From: Gemmatimonadaceae bacterium
GTDB taxonomy: Bacteria; Gemmatimonadota; Gemmatimonadetes; Gemmatimonadales; Gemmatimonadaceae
Assembly: GCA_040901985.1 (NCBI GenBank)
Contig: JBBDYC010000018.1
Span: forward strand, 1 to 42,712
Length of the DNA: 42,712 nucleotides
Direction of reading: 5' to 3'
Part shown: in pieces, positions 29,590 to 40,517 of the stretch
Layout: each line of letters begins with the position of its first letter
Numbering within the stretch: the stretch's first letter is position 1
The notes under the pieces: model-generated
The model's database searches: none
The model's input: only the letters and a program-made list of their open reading frames with translations
Told to the model about the DNA's origin: nothing
Program-made: the position numbers and the translations under genes

Positions 29590-31868
29590 GCATCGCCGCG
29601 CCATCACAGTCACTCAACCCGGCGCAGCGCGAGGCCGTCGAGCACGGCGACGGCCCACTCCTCGTCGTCGCCGGTGCGGGGTCGGGGAAGACGCGCGTGC
29701 TCACCGCGCGCATCGCGCGGTTGATCGAGCACGCCGGCGTCCTCCCGCACCAGATCCTCGCCGTGACCTTCACGAACAAGGCGGCCGGCGAGATGCGCGC
29801 GCGCGTCGCGCGCGCGCTCGGCGAGGATCCGGCGGGGATGTGGATCGGCACCTTCCACGCCATCGGCGCCCGGATGCTGCGCGCGCAGGCGGCGCTCGTG
29901 GGACGCACCAGCGAGTACACGATCTATGACGAGGACGACACCCTCGGCGTGATCAAGCGGCTGATGGAGCGCCATAGCATCTCGCCCAAGGAGTGGGCGC
30001 CGAAGGCAATCGCCGCCGAGATCGGCTCGGCCAAGAACGCGCTGGTCGAGCCGCCCGAGTACGAGACGCTGGCCCGGACGCCGCTGGCCAAGGCCGCCGC
30101 CACCGTCTACCGCGACCTCGAGCCGACGCTCCGCGCGGCGAATGCCGTCAGCTTCGACGACCTCCTCGCGCTCCCGGTGCGGATCCTGCGCGACCATCCG
30201 GACGTGCGGGCGCGCTTCGCCGCGCGGTTCCGGCACGTGCTGGTGGACGAGTACCAGGACACCAATCGCGCCCAGTATGAGTTCGTCCGGCTGGTCGGTG
30301 GCGGGCACGGCAATGTCGCGGTCGTCGGCGACGACGACCAGGCGATCTACGGCTGGCGGGGGGCCGACATCCGGAACATCCTCGACTTCGAGCGCGACTT
30401 TCCGTCGGCGCGCGTCGTGCGGCTCGAGGAGAACTACCGGTCCACCGCGCCGATCCTCGACCTCGCGAACGTTGTCATCGCCGCCAACGAGGCGCGCCGC
30501 GGCAAGACGCTGCGCACCACGCGCGTCGGCGGCGAACCGGCGACGCTCTTCGAAGCAGCCGACGACCGCGACGAGGCCGAGGCAGTCGCCGACGCGCTGC
30601 AGGAGTGGCGTCGGGCGGGGCAGGCGTACGGCCAGGCCGCCGTGCTCTACCGCACGAACGCCCAGAGCCGCGGATTCGAGGAGGCGATGCGCCGCGCGGC
30701 CATCCCGTATCGCCTGGTCGGTGCGGTGCGCTTCTATGATCGCCGGGAGATCAAGGATCTCGTGGCCTGGCTCCGCCTCGTGGCCAATCCGGCCGACGAT
30801 GAGGCCTTCCGGCGCGCCGTCGCCGCGCCGCGGCGCGGCGTCGGGGAGACGACGCTCGATGTCCTCGCCGCCGAGGCGCGCGAGGCCGGCGTCCCGCTCC
30901 TCGAACAGGCGCGCCGTGCCGCCGCGTCGGGGGCGTTGCGGCCGGCGGCCCGCGACGCACTTGAGGGGTTCGTGGCGCTGGTGGACCGGCTCCGGGCCGC
31001 CGCGGCCGAGACGAGCGTGGACCGCCTCCTCGTGGACCTCGTGGCCGTGTCCGGTTACGAGACGGCGCTCCGCGCCGAGGGCGCCGAGGGGCTCGAGCGC
31101 CTCGACAACATCCGCGAGCTCGTCACGTCGGCGGCGGAGACGATCATTGACGACGGCGGTGAGGTCGGCCTGCGCCCGCTCGACCACTTTCTCCAGCGCG
31201 CCACGCTGGTGACGGCGCTCGACGCGCTCGGCCCCGACGCCGACGCGGTCACGATGATGACCGTCCACACCGCCAAGGGACTCGAGTACGCGATGGTCTG
31301 CGTGACCGGCCTCGAGGACGGGCTCTTTCCGCTCGCCCGCGCCTTCGACGACCCGGCGACGCTCGAGGAGGAGCGCCGGCTGCTCTACGTGGCCATCACC
31401 CGCGCCGGCGAACGTCTCGTGCTCTCGTGGGCGCACCAGCGGCGGCGAAACGGCGACCTCCTCCCGTCCGTCATCTCCAGCTTCCTGCGCGGCATCCCCG
31501 ATGCACATTTTGAGCGGCGGCAGACGCTCCGCCTCCGCTCCACGGCGCGGTATGCGCAACACACCGCGGGCGCGGCGCGCCGTGGCCGGGATGGGGACGG
31601 CGGGTTCGCCCGCCCGAGCGCGCCGTCGTGGTCCGGGCGCGCCGGGTCGGCCGTGCCGAGCTTCGTCCAGGACGAGGACGCCTCGCAGGACCTCCCCGAT
31701 TTCGTCCCCGGGGTGCGCGTCACCCACGCGCGCTTCGGCTCGGGCACAATCGCCGAGGTAGGCGGGAGCGGGAAGGAAGCGAAGGCCACGGTGGATTTCG
31801 ACGACGAGTGCGTGGGACGCAAGCGTCTGGTGATCGCCTTTGCCGGGCTGCAACGGGGAGTGGACTGA
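29586..31868 (+). CDS. uvrD: UvrD/PcrA-family SF1 DNA helicase
   Basis: AGAGSGKT, TFTNKAA, VDEYQDTN, VGDDDQAIY, LEENYRS, HTAKGLE, EEERRLLYVAITRA, and a C-terminal Tudor-like RVTHARFGSG. Start GTG 29586; could equally be named pcrA. Confidence 0.93.
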   Translation: MSIAAPSQSLNPAQREAVEHGDGPLLVVAGAGSGKTRVLTARIARLIEHAGVLPHQILAVTFTNKAAGEMRARVARALGEDPAGMWIGTFHAIGARMLRAQAALVGRTSEYTIYDEDDTLGVIKRLMERHSISPKEWAPKAIAAEIGSAKNALVEPPEYETLARTPLAKAAATVYRDLEPTLRAANAVSFDDLLALPVRILRDHPDVRARFAARFRHVLVDEYQDTNRAQYEFVRLVGGGHGNVAVVGDDDQAIYGWRGADIRNILDFERDFPSARVVRLEENYRSTAPILDLANVVIAANEARRGKTLRTTRVGGEPATLFEAADDRDEAEAVADALQEWRRAGQAYGQAAVLYRTNAQSRGFEEAMRRAAIPYRLVGAVRFYDRREIKDLVAWLRLVANPADDEAFRRAVAAPRRGVGETTLDVLAAEAREAGVPLLEQARRAAASGALRPAARDALEGFVALVDRLRAAAAETSVDRLLVDLVAVSGYETALRAEGAEGLERLDNIRELVTSAAETIIDDGGEVGLRPLDHFLQRATLVTALDALGPDADAVTMMTVHTAKGLEYAMVCVTGLEDGLFPLARAFDDPATLEEERRLLYVAITRAGERLVLSWAHQRRRNGDLLPSVISSFLRGIPDAHFERRQTLRLRSTARYAQHTAGAARRGRDGDGGFARPSAPSWSGRAGSAVPSFVQDEDASQDLPDFVPGVRVTHARFGSGTIAEVGGSGKEAKATVDFDDECVGRKRLVIAFAGLQRGVD

Positions 31869-32170
31869 TGGCAGTGACGCCGGATGACGTGCGGCACGTG
31901 GCAGGTTTGGCGCGACTCGGGATTCCCGAGGACGCGCTGGCCAGGTACGTCGAGCAGTTGAACGGCATCCTCTCCCATATGGAAGTGCTGCAGCGGGTGA
32001 AGGGGGAGGCGGAGGCCACGCCGCCGGACGCCGGGATGGCGCTCCGCGAGGACCGCGTGGCGCCGGTGCCGCTCGCCATCGCCCGCGAGCGCTTCGCGCC
32101 GCGGATGCGCGACGGCTTCTTCCTGGTGCCGCGGCTGGCCACGCACGAGGACGCCGGAGAGGAGCCGTGA
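31868..32170 (+). CDS. gatC: Asp/Glu-tRNA amidotransferase subunit C
   Basis: [17 protein letters not shown]...LRED...GFFLVPR; ATG 31868 overlaps the helicase stop. Confidence 0.92.
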   Translation: MAVTPDDVRHVAGLARLGIPEDALARYVEQLNGILSHMEVLQRVKGEAEATPPDAGMALREDRVAPVPLAIARERFAPRMRDGFFLVPRLATHEDAGEEP

Positions 32171-33588
32171 CCGTCCCGTTGCTCGATCAGGGGGCGGCGA
32201 GCATCGCCGCGGCGGTGCGCGAGGCGCGCGTCGCGGCGGTCGAGGTGTTTGGCGCCGCGCACGGACGGCTGCTGGAGTCGCACGCCGGGCCCGACGGCAT
32301 CCACGCGGTCCTCTCAACGGCCGAGCCGCCGACGGTGGCACCAACGAGCGGGCCGCTCGCCGGCGTCCCGGTCGCCATCAAGGACAACATCGCCACGCTC
32401 ACCCTGCCGACGAGCTGCGGCTCGCGGATCCTCGAGCATTGGGTGAGTCCGTATGAGGCGACCGCCGCGCGCAAGCTCCGCGAGGCCGGGGCGTCGCTGA
32501 TTGGCAAGACGAATATGGACGAGTTCGCGATGGGGTCGTCCACCGAGAACAGCGCGTACGGGCCGAGCCGGAATCCGCACGATCGCACCCGCGCGCCGGG
32601 GGGCTCGTCGGGCGGGTCGGCGGCCGCGGTCGCCGCCGGGATTGCGCCGATCGCGCTCGGGTCGGAGACCGGCGGGTCGGTGCGCCAGCCGGCGGCCTTC
32701 TGCGGGGTCGTCGGCGTCAAGCCGACCTACGGGCGCGTCTCCCGCTTCGGCCTCGTCGCCTTTGCGTCGTCGCTCGACGGCATCGGCGTCTTCGGTCGGA
32801 CGGTGGACGACGCCGCGCTGGCCACCGAGATCGTCTCGGGCCACGATCCGCACGACGCGACGTCGGCGGCCGTCGAGCCGGCGGCGATGCGGATCGGCCC
32901 CGGCACCCTCGACGGCCTCGTGATCGGTGTGCCGCGCGAGTACTTCCCCGACTCGCTCGACCCGTCGGTGCGCGAGCGTTGCGATCGCGCCCGCGAGGCG
33001 CTCCGCGCCCAGGGCGCCACGCTCCGCGACGTCTCGCTCCCGCATACCGACCTCGCCATCCCGGTCTACTACATCATCGCGCCCGCCGAGTGCTCGGCCA
33101 ACCTGGCGCGCTTCGACGGCGTGCGGTACGGGATGCGGATCGAGGGCGACGGGATCCGCGCGATGTACGAGGCCACGCGTGCCGCCGGCTTCGGCGCCGA
33201 GGTCACGCGCCGGATCCTGCTCGGCACCTACGTGCTCTCGGCCGGCTACTACGACGCGTATTACCGGAAGGCCCAGCAGGTCCGCGAGTTGATCCGGAGC
33301 GATTTCGACGCCGTCTTCGCGTCCGGCGTCCAGGCGCTCTTCACGCCGACCACGCCGACCCCCGCGTTCGCGCTCGGCGCCATCTCCGATCCGTACGAGA
33401 TGTATCTCTCGGACATCTTCACGGTGACGGCGAACCTCGCCGGGGTCCCCGCGATGTCGGTGCCGATCGGCCGCGTCGGCGGCCTGCCCGTCGGCGGCCA
33501 GATCCTCGCCCGGCACTTTGATGAGACGACGATGTTTCGCGTGGCGTACGCGCTTGAGGAGGCACTCGGCGCCGAGGCCGCACGATGA
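32167..33588 (+). CDS. gatA: Asp/Glu-tRNA amidotransferase subunit A
   Basis: [72 protein letters not shown]. Confidence 0.97.
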   Translation: MTVPLLDQGAASIAAAVREARVAAVEVFGAAHGRLLESHAGPDGIHAVLSTAEPPTVAPTSGPLAGVPVAIKDNIATLTLPTSCGSRILEHWVSPYEATAARKLREAGASLIGKTNMDEFAMGSSTENSAYGPSRNPHDRTRAPGGSSGGSAAAVAAGIAPIALGSETGGSVRQPAAFCGVVGVKPTYGRVSRFGLVAFASSLDGIGVFGRTVDDAALATEIVSGHDPHDATSAAVEPAAMRIGPGTLDGLVIGVPREYFPDSLDPSVRERCDRAREALRAQGATLRDVSLPHTDLAIPVYYIIAPAECSANLARFDGVRYGMRIEGDGIRAMYEATRAAGFGAEVTRRILLGTYVLSAGYYDAYYRKAQQVRELIRSDFDAVFASGVQALFTPTTPTPAFALGAISDPYEMYLSDIFTVTANLAGVPAMSVPIGRVGGLPVGGQILARHFDETTMFRVAYALEEALGAEAAR

Positions 33589-35012
33589 CCGGCGCCTGGG
33601 AGATGGTCGTCGGACTTGAGGTGCACGTCCAGCTGCGGACGCGGAGCAAGGCCTTCTGCGGGTGCTCGGCGACCTTCGGCGACGCGCCCAACCAGAACAC
33701 GTGCCCCGTCTGTCTCGCCCTCCCCGGCGCGCTCCCGGTCCTGAACGCCCGCGCCGTCGAGTTGGCGGCGCGCGCCGCGCTCGCGTTGGGCTGCGACGTG
33801 CATCGGCGGAGCGTCTTCGCGCGCAAGAACTACTTCTACCCAGACCTGCCGAAGGGCTACCAGATTTCGCAGGCCGAGCAGCCGCTTGCCACCGGCGGCA
33901 GAGTGCCGCTGCCCGACGGCAGCACGGTCGGGATCACGCGCATCCATATGGAGGAGGACGCCGGGAAATCCATCCACGACCGGTTTCCGGGCCAGACCGC
34001 CATTGACCTCAATCGCGCCGGCGTCCCGCTGATCGAGATCGTCGGCGAACCGGAGATCCGGTCGTCGGCGCAGGCCGGCGCGTACCTGCGTGCGCTCCGC
34101 GAGATCCTGCTTTTCGGCGAGGTGTCCGACGTCTCGATGGAGGAGGGGTCGTTCCGCGTGGATGCCAACGTCTCGGCGCGCCGGCGTGGCGAGACCGCCT
34201 TCCGGCCACGGACCGAGATCAAGAACCTCAACTCCTTCTCGAACGTCGAACACGCGCTCGAGCTGGAGTTCGCGCGCCACGTGGCGACGTATGAGGCCGA
34301 CGGCGCCATCGCCCAGCAGACGATGCTGTTCGACGCGCTCAGGCAGGAGGTGCGTCCGGCGCGGTCGAAGGAAGGGAGTCACGACTACCGGTACTTCCCG
34401 GAGCCGGACCTGCCGCCGCTGGTGCTTGCCGCGGACTGGCTGGCCGCGCAGCGCGCCGCACTGGGCGAACTCCCGGCGGCCCGGCGCGCGCGGTTCGTCG
34501 GCGCGCTCGGCGTTTCGGCGCACGAGGCCGAGATCCTGACCGCCGAGCCCGCGATTGCCGAGTACTTCGACGCCGTGGCCGCGGCGGGCGGTGATGGAAA
34601 GGCGGCGGCCAATTGGATCCTCGGCGAGGTGCTCGCCGCGCGCAACGCCGCGGGCGGCGCCGCCGCCGGCCTTGTGGTGGCGCCGGCGCGCCTCGCCGCG
34701 CTGATCGCCCTCGTGCGCACGGGGGCGGTGAGCTCCACCGCGGCGAAGGCGATCTTCCAGACGATGCTCACCGACGGCGCCGAGCCGAAGGCGATTGCCG
34801 AGCGCGACGGGTTGCTCCAGGTCGGCGACGACGGCGCGCTCGAGGCGTGGATCGCCGAGGTCTGGGCCGAGCACCCGGACGAGGCCCGGCGCTACGCGGC
34901 CGGCGAGGCCAAGCTGCAGGGCGTGCTGGTCGGGTTCGTGATGAAGAAGTCGAAGGGGCGCGCCGACCCCAAGAAGGTCAATCAGTTGTTGGCGACGCGC
35001 GCCGGCTCGTAG
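33585..35012 (+). CDS. gatB: Asp/Glu-tRNA amidotransferase subunit B
   Basis: [52 protein letters not shown]. Confidence 0.98.
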   Translation: MTGAWEMVVGLEVHVQLRTRSKAFCGCSATFGDAPNQNTCPVCLALPGALPVLNARAVELAARAALALGCDVHRRSVFARKNYFYPDLPKGYQISQAEQPLATGGRVPLPDGSTVGITRIHMEEDAGKSIHDRFPGQTAIDLNRAGVPLIEIVGEPEIRSSAQAGAYLRALREILLFGEVSDVSMEEGSFRVDANVSARRRGETAFRPRTEIKNLNSFSNVEHALELEFARHVATYEADGAIAQQTMLFDALRQEVRPARSKEGSHDYRYFPEPDLPPLVLAADWLAAQRAALGELPAARRARFVGALGVSAHEAEILTAEPAIAEYFDAVAAAGGDGKAAANWILGEVLAARNAAGGAAAGLVVAPARLAALIALVRTGAVSSTAAKAIFQTMLTDGAEPKAIAERDGLLQVGDDGALEAWIAEVWAEHPDEARRYAAGEAKLQGVLVGFVMKKSKGRADPKKVNQLLATRAGS

Positions 35013-35905
35013 AGCGGGGCGCTGAGACGCGCCGCCCACCCGGGACTCTCCGCCGGCAGCGCGAAGCGATCCGCCGCATCCTTGCGCGCCGCCCGCTCGC
35101 CGCCGCGGTCGAGCGCCAGCTTGCGGACGAGCTTGGCCTCCCGGAGCGCCTCCTCGCCGCTCGGATCGTACTGTCGCGGCACCGCGGCGTCGCCGCGCGC
35201 AAGCAGTTCCACCACGTAGTCGAACGCGCGATCGAGATGCGCCACCACGTTCGCGTCCCGCAGTGTCCACCGGCTGTTCTCCGCCAGCAGCGCCAGCACC
35301 CGCTGCCACGAACCGCTGTCGGTGACATAGACCATGCTGCGGAAGATCCGCCGATTGGTCGGCGTGCTGAAGATCGTCGGGCTCAGCACGCGGTCAAGAT
35401 GCTCGTCCGAGCGCGCGTGGTCGAGCAGGATCACCTCACGGGCCCGCCGCGCCCACTGCTCGCCGGTGTGCGTCTCGAACCGGCTCTCCCAGTAGCTGTG
35501 CCCGACGCCGCTCGAGGCCGAGGTGATGGCGAGCTGGTGCGGCACGAAGTGGTTGTGCGCGACCACGTCGGCGGCGAGGTGCGCCAGGTAGCCGTAGCCG
35601 AAGGCGCGCAACGCGTCGTCGCGCGCGCGGTCGAGGATGTCGTCACCGACCGCCCAGGCGTGGCAATGCCGTCCCACCCGGGCGTAGCGCTTGGCGAAAC
35701 TGGTGTCGGCGGCGATCGAGCCGTAGAGAAAATCGTAGGGGAACGCCCGCAGCAGCGTCGCCAGCGACGCCGGAAGCAGCACGTCGGCCGATCGCAGCAG
35801 CGCCTCGCCGAGCAGGATGTGGGTGCCGGGGGTCCAAGCGTGGGCGTCCGTCGGCAGGAGTGCAATCAGCGCGAGTGCGCCGAGGACGACGGCCACCACG
35901 CGCAT
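34982..35905 (-). CDS. Secreted zinc-dependent phospholipase C / S1-P1-fold family protein
   Basis: Signal peptide ending AHA, then [31 protein letters not shown] metal-ligand pattern. Confidence 0.8.
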   Translation of the reverse strand: MRVVAVVLGALALIALLPTDAHAWTPGTHILLGEALLRSADVLLPASLATLLRAFPYDFLYGSIAADTSFAKRYARVGRHCHAWAVGDDILDRARDDALRAFGYGYLAHLAADVVAHNHFVPHQLAITSASSGVGHSYWESRFETHTGEQWARRAREVILLDHARSDEHLDRVLSPTIFSTPTNRRIFRSMVYVTDSGSWQRVLALLAENSRWTLRDANVVAHLDRAFDYVVELLARGDAAVPRQYDPSGEEALREAKLVRKLALDRGGERAARKDAADRFALPAESPGWAARLSAPLYEPARVANN

Positions 35906-35915
35906 TGCGACGGCG

Positions 35916-36506
35916 TCAGTCGCGGCGCCGGAGCCGTGGGCGTTCGGCCTCGGCGTCTTCAGCGAGCCGCTGTCGGCGCGCCGCCGAGCGGCTCAAGGGT
36001 CGCTTGGCCTTTTTCTTCTTCCCGCGCCCGATCCCGAAGACGCGTGCGCCGAGCTTGATCCCGCCGATCGCGGTGCCGGCAATCGACGCCACGCGCTCGG
36101 CCGAGTCGTGGATGCGGCCCAGCATGTCGCCGAGGTCCTCCACCCGCCCGGTGATCGAGTCCACCGTGGTGCGAACCTTGGCGTTGACTTCCTCAATCGT
36201 CTCGCGCGAGTCGTCGATGACCTCGCTGGCCGCGGCGGCCACTTCGCGCACGTCGGCGGTCATCGCTGTCGCGTTCTGCACCAACGGTCGCAGCTCGGTC
36301 AGCAGCGTGTCGAGTTTCCCGTGGGTGTCCGCCAGCCCGGCGCGCAGCTGCACCAGGGCGATCAGCGCCGCCACGATCAGGACCAGGGCAAGGACGGAGG
36401 TGATTCCCGACGCCACGAACACGACCTGCTCGAACCCCGACTGCACGGCGGGAACCTGACGGACCACGAGCGTGTCGGCGACGGCGGCGAGTTGGAGAAG
36501 GAGCAT
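35916..36506 (-). CDS. Membrane-anchored coiled-coil protein (DUF948/YoxC-like)
   Basis: One TM segment ([15 protein letters not shown]), heptad-like helical repeats, basic C-terminal tail. Confidence 0.72.
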   Translation of the reverse strand: MLLLQLAAVADTLVVRQVPAVQSGFEQVVFVASGITSVLALVLIVAALIALVQLRAGLADTHGKLDTLLTELRPLVQNATAMTADVREVAAAASEVIDDSRETIEEVNAKVRTTVDSITGRVEDLGDMLGRIHDSAERVASIAGTAIGGIKLGARVFGIGRGKKKKAKRPLSRSAARRQRLAEDAEAERPRLRRRD

Positions 36507-36511
36507 AGTGA

Positions 36512-36540
36512 ATGGTCTCCAGCGGGGGGGGCTACGTCAA
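36512..36540 (-). promoter_or_regulatory. Putative promoter for the coiled-coil/PLC pair (leaderless geometry)
   Basis: Minus strand TTGACG (36540-36535), 17-bp spacer containing C8, GACCAT (36517-36512), ATG 5 nt later at 36506. Confidence 0.55.
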
Positions 36541-36557
36541 GCATATATTGTCGGGTA

Positions 36558-37847
36558 ATGTCCTCCGCCCAGTTCATCGTCGAAGGCGGCCGCACCCTTT
36601 CGGGCTCCATCCGGCCGACCGGCAACAAGAACGCGGCGCTGCCGATTGTCTGCGCCGCGCTCCTCACCGCCGAGCCGGTCACGCTCGAGAATGTGCCGAA
36701 CATCAAGGACATCGAGAGCCTGTTGGCGCTCGTCCGGTCCACCGGCGCCTCGGCCGACTGGGCCGGCCCCGGCACGGTGGTCATACACGCCAAGTCCGTG
36801 CGCGGCGACTCGCTCGACGCAGAACTCTGTACCCGCATCCGCGCGTCCATCCTGCTCGCCGGACCGCTCCTCGCCCGCACCGGGTCGGTCGTCCTCGCCC
36901 CGCCGGGTGGCGACCTGATCGGCCGCCGCCGACTCGATACCCACGTGCTCGCCCTCGAGGCGCTCGGTGCCACCCACGAGTTCGGGAAACGGCTCGCGTT
37001 CCGGGCCAAGGCCCTCACCGGCGCCGACATCTTCCTCGACGAACCGTCGGTGACCGGGACCGAGAATGCCGTGATGGCCGCCGTCGGCGCGCGCGGCACC
37101 ACCGTGCTCCACAATGCCGCCTGCGAACCGCACGTGCAGGACCTCTGCCGGATGCTCGAGGTGCTGGGGGCGAAGATTGACGGCATCGGCTCCAACGTGT
37201 TGACCGTCCACGGCGGCCGCACACTCCACGGCGGGACCTTCCGCATCGGGCCCGACCACATCGAGGTCGGGTCGTTCATCGGCTTGGCGGCGGTCACGCG
37301 GTCGGCCCTCCGGATCGAGGACGCCGGCGTCGCGCACCTCCGCTCGATCCGAATGGGCTTCGAGCGCCTCGGCGTGCGCACCGACGCCGACGGCGACGCC
37401 CTGGTCATCCCGGCGAAGCAGGACCTCAGCATCCGGAGCGATCTCGGCGGCGCGGTGCCGAAGCTCGAGGACCAACCCTGGCCCGCCTTCCCGGCCGACC
37501 TGATGTCCATCGCCATCGTCACCGCCACGCAGTGCGACGGCATCATCCTGATGCACGAGAAGATGTTCGAGTCGCGGATGTTCTTCGTGGACAAGCTTGC
37601 CGCGATGGGGGCGCGGATCGTCCTCTGCGACCCGCATCGCGCGCTCGTCAGCGGGCCGACGCCGCTCCGCGGCGCGGTCGTCGGCAGCCCCGACATCCGC
37701 GCCGGGATGGCCGTGCTGATCGCCGCGCTGTGCGCCACCGGCACGAGCGTCATCAACAACATCGGGCAGATCGAGCGCGGCTACGAGCGGATTGACGAGC
37801 GACTGGCCGCGCTCGGCGCGTCCATCCGTCGGGTCGAGCTGGCGTGA
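36558..37847 (+). CDS. murA: UDP-N-acetylglucosamine 1-carboxyvinyltransferase (Asp-type active-site loop)
   Basis: [69 protein letters not shown]. Start ATG 36558. Confidence 0.96.
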   Translation: MSSAQFIVEGGRTLSGSIRPTGNKNAALPIVCAALLTAEPVTLENVPNIKDIESLLALVRSTGASADWAGPGTVVIHAKSVRGDSLDAELCTRIRASILLAGPLLARTGSVVLAPPGGDLIGRRRLDTHVLALEALGATHEFGKRLAFRAKALTGADIFLDEPSVTGTENAVMAAVGARGTTVLHNAACEPHVQDLCRMLEVLGAKIDGIGSNVLTVHGGRTLHGGTFRIGPDHIEVGSFIGLAAVTRSALRIEDAGVAHLRSIRMGFERLGVRTDADGDALVIPAKQDLSIRSDLGGAVPKLEDQPWPAFPADLMSIAIVTATQCDGIILMHEKMFESRMFFVDKLAAMGARIVLCDPHRALVSGPTPLRGAVVGSPDIRAGMAVLIAALCATGTSVINNIGQIERGYERIDERLAALGASIRRVELA

Positions 37848-38581
37848 GCACCGTGGTGCTGCCGGCGCATCTTCCGGTGCTGGCCTTTGAGGACATCGGC
37901 GTTCGCGCCTTCACCACGACGCGTGCGGCGGGGGATTTCGGGCTCGCGCCCGACGGCTCCGTCACCGACGCGACCGGGCGGTGGCACGCACTCCAGCGTG
38001 CCCTGGCGGCCGAGGGTGCGCCGCGCCTTGCCTCCTCTCGCCAGGTGCACGGCGCGCGTGTCCTCGTGCACGGCGATGCCTGGGACGGGTGGCTCCGCGT
38101 GGACGACGCCGACGGCCACCTCCTGTTCGGCCCCGGCGCGGCGGCGGTCACGGTCGCCGACTGTGTCCCGGTGTTCCTCGCCCATCCCTCGGGCGCGATC
38201 GGGCTCGTCCACGCCGGATGGCGCGGAACGGCAGAGGGGATCCTCCCGGAGGCCCTCCGACTCTTCGCCGCTAACGGCTTTCCGGTGGATGAACTCCGGG
38301 TCCACCTCGGGCCATCCATTTGCGGGCGTTGCTACGAGGTCGGGGTGGAGGTCTACGAACAACTCACCGGCTGGCCGACCAAGCGACCCCGCAACGTGGA
38401 CCTGCGCGCCGTGCTGGCCGAGCAGGCCGCGCAGCTCGGCGTCAGGAGCTGGACGGCGAACGGGGAGTGCACGAGTTGTGACAACGAGGCGCTCTTCTCG
38501 CATCGCGCCGGCGACGCCGAGCGCCAGATTGCCTGCATCTATAATCCCTCGCGGCTTGACGGAGTGCGCCGCCCCGGGTAA
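37844..38581 (+). CDS. pgeF: YfiH/PgeF family (peptidoglycan editing factor / purine nucleoside phosphorylase-like)
   Basis: [30 protein letters not shown]...FSHR. Confidence 0.9.
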   Translation: MSTVVLPAHLPVLAFEDIGVRAFTTTRAAGDFGLAPDGSVTDATGRWHALQRALAAEGAPRLASSRQVHGARVLVHGDAWDGWLRVDDADGHLLFGPGAAAVTVADCVPVFLAHPSGAIGLVHAGWRGTAEGILPEALRLFAANGFPVDELRVHLGPSICGRCYEVGVEVYEQLTGWPTKRPRNVDLRAVLAEQAAQLGVRSWTANGECTSCDNEALFSHRAGDAERQIACIYNPSRLDGVRRPG

Positions 38582-38584
38582 CCT
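38556..38584 (+). promoter_or_regulatory. Sigma70-type promoter of rimP-nusA-infB
   Basis: TTGACG (38556-38561), 17-bp spacer, TAACCT (38579-38584). Confidence 0.7.
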
Positions 38585-38617
38585 TCCTCCGTTGGAGACA
38601 TTCCGGTGCGGTCGCGG

Positions 38618-38651
38618 AGTGTGGGGGAAGGTCTCCCCACACTTTTTTGTT
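38618..38651 (+). terminator. Terminator-like hairpin in the rimP 5' leader (rimP-leader type attenuator)
   Basis: Stem AGTGTGGGG/CCCCACACT (38618-38626, 38635-38643) followed by TTTTTGTT, located between the predicted promoter and the rimP start. Confidence 0.8.
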
Positions 38652-38674
38652 CTCTATAAGGGGTTTGGCGCGCA

Positions 38675-39142
38675 GTGAAGCAGGCGATTGAAGCGATTGT
38701 ATTGCAAGAGCTTACGCCGCTCGGTTACGAACTTGTCGAGCTCCGGCTCGGCGGGTCCAAGGGGCGGCCGGTCGTGGATGTGCGCATTGATCGGCTTGAC
38801 CAGGCGACGGTGCGGGTGGGCGACTGTGAACGGGCCTCGCGCGCAATCGAGGCCCGGCTCGACGCCGAGTCCGGGCTCGTGACCTCGCGGTACGTACTCG
38901 AGGTGTCATCGCCGGGAATGGAACGGCCGCTGCGCACCGCCGCCGAGTGGCGACGGTTCGTCGGGCGTCGGGCGAGCGTGAACAGCCTTGCGCTGCACGG
39001 ACGGCAGGACGTGGAGATCGTTGCGGTGCACGGGGAAGACGGACAGGAACGCCTCGTGTTGCGCGACACGAAGGGGCACGAGCACGGGATCGCGCTGGCC
39101 GACGTCACCGACGCGCGGCTGGCGTTCGACTGGAAGCCGTAA
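38675..39142 (+). CDS. rimP: Ribosome maturation factor RimP
   Basis: GYELVEL, DCERASR, YVLEVSSPGMERPL, FVG; first gene of the nusA-infB operon. Confidence 0.95.
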   Translation: MKQAIEAIVLQELTPLGYELVELRLGGSKGRPVVDVRIDRLDQATVRVGDCERASRAIEARLDAESGLVTSRYVLEVSSPGMERPLRTAAEWRRFVGRRASVNSLALHGRQDVEIVAVHGEDGQERLVLRDTKGHEHGIALADVTDARLAFDWKP

Positions 39143-39167
39143 GGACTTTTCTTCGAGGGAGTGCGGG

Positions 39168-40505
39168 ATGGCCGGGTCGGCTGAAATTCTCACGGCGCTG
39201 CGCGAGCTGGCGGACAGCAAGCAGATTGGGCGCGTCGAACTGCAGGAGTTGCTCAAGGACGGCATCCTCGCCGCCCTGGCCAAGAAGCACGGCCCGACGG
39301 TGCAAGCCGAGGTGGACATTGACGATTCCCAGGGCGCGATCCGCATCGTCATCCTCAAGAAGGTCGTCGAGACGATCGAGGATCCGGTCATCGAGATCCT
39401 CCTCGAGGAGGCGCGCTACGAGGATCCCGACTACCAGGTCGGCGACCTGATGGAGATCCCGGTGGACTTCGCCGAGTTCGGCCGCACCGCCGTGCAGGCG
39501 GCCAAGCAGCGGATCGTCCAGCGCGTCCGCGAGGGCGAGCGGACGAAGATCCGCGACGAGTTCACCTCGCGCGTCGGCGACCTCCTCTCGGGCGAGATCC
39601 AGCAGATCGAGCGCGGCAAGATCGTCGTGATGCTCAACAAGTTCCGCGAGGCCGAAGCGATCATCCCCTACCGCGAACAGAACCACCGCGAGACCTACTC
39701 GCAGGGGGAGCCGCTGCGCGCCGTGCTCAAGAAGATCGAGGAGACGCCCAAGGGGCCGCGCCTCATCCTCTCCCGCGCGGACGCCCTGTTCGTGCAGGCC
39801 CTCTTCCGGCTCGAAGTCCCGGAGATCCAGGCCGGCATCGTCGAGATCCGCGCCGCCTCGCGCGAGGTCGGCAGCCGCACCAAGATCGCCGTCGTCTCGA
39901 AGGACGACTCGATTGACCCGGTCGGCGCCTGCGTCGGGCTGAAGGGCGCGCGCGTCCAGGCGGTCGTGCAGGAACTGGGCGGCGAGCGGATTGACATCGT
40001 GCCCTGGTCGTCCGACCCCGAGCGCTTCGCCAAGCTCGCGCTGGCGCCGGCGAAGGTCGCCCGCGTCTTCAGCGAGGTCGCCACCAAGACCATCCAGGCG
40101 GTGGTGGACGAGGACCAGCTCTCGCTGGCGATCGGCCGCAACGGGCAGAACGTCCGGCTGGCGTCGGAGCTCACCGGCTGGAAGATCGACCTCTACTCGA
40201 GCCGCGAGTGGCTGGAGCGCGGGGGCGACATCCCGCTCTTCGCGCCGCTGCCCGACGAGGACGTCGCGGCCGACGTGCCCCTCGCCGACATCGAGGGACT
40301 CGCGACCGCGACGGTGGCGGTGCTTGAGTCGGGGGGCTATCGGACGCTGAACGACATCATTGACCTCGAGCGCGAGGATCTCCTCAAGCTCCCCGGCATC
40401 GCGCCGGAAGAGGCCGACCGCATCATGGCGATCATCAACGAGCTCACGGAAGAGGGCGGCGACAGCGCTGCCACCGCCGAGCCCGGAACGCCGTCGGCGG
40501 AGTAG
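39168..40505 (+). CDS. nusA: Transcription termination/antitermination factor NusA
   Basis: [53 protein letters not shown]-terminal acidic HhH repeat. Start ATG 39168. Confidence 0.97.
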   Translation: MAGSAEILTALRELADSKQIGRVELQELLKDGILAALAKKHGPTVQAEVDIDDSQGAIRIVILKKVVETIEDPVIEILLEEARYEDPDYQVGDLMEIPVDFAEFGRTAVQAAKQRIVQRVREGERTKIRDEFTSRVGDLLSGEIQQIERGKIVVMLNKFREAEAIIPYREQNHRETYSQGEPLRAVLKKIEETPKGPRLILSRADALFVQALFRLEVPEIQAGIVEIRAASREVGSRTKIAVVSKDDSIDPVGACVGLKGARVQAVVQELGGERIDIVPWSSDPERFAKLALAPAKVARVFSEVATKTIQAVVDEDQLSLAIGRNGQNVRLASELTGWKIDLYSSREWLERGGDIPLFAPLPDEDVAADVPLADIEGLATATVAVLESGGYRTLNDIIDLEREDLLKLPGIAPEEADRIMAIINELTEEGGDSAATAEPGTPSAE

Positions 40506-40517
40506 GGCGAGCCGGGC

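Noticed and set aside
38540..38545. Perfect TATAAT inside the 3' end of pgeF
   Set aside because: No -35 at a suitable distance and it encodes Tyr-Asn in frame; a better-formed promoter lies at 38556-38584. A secondary start cannot be excluded.
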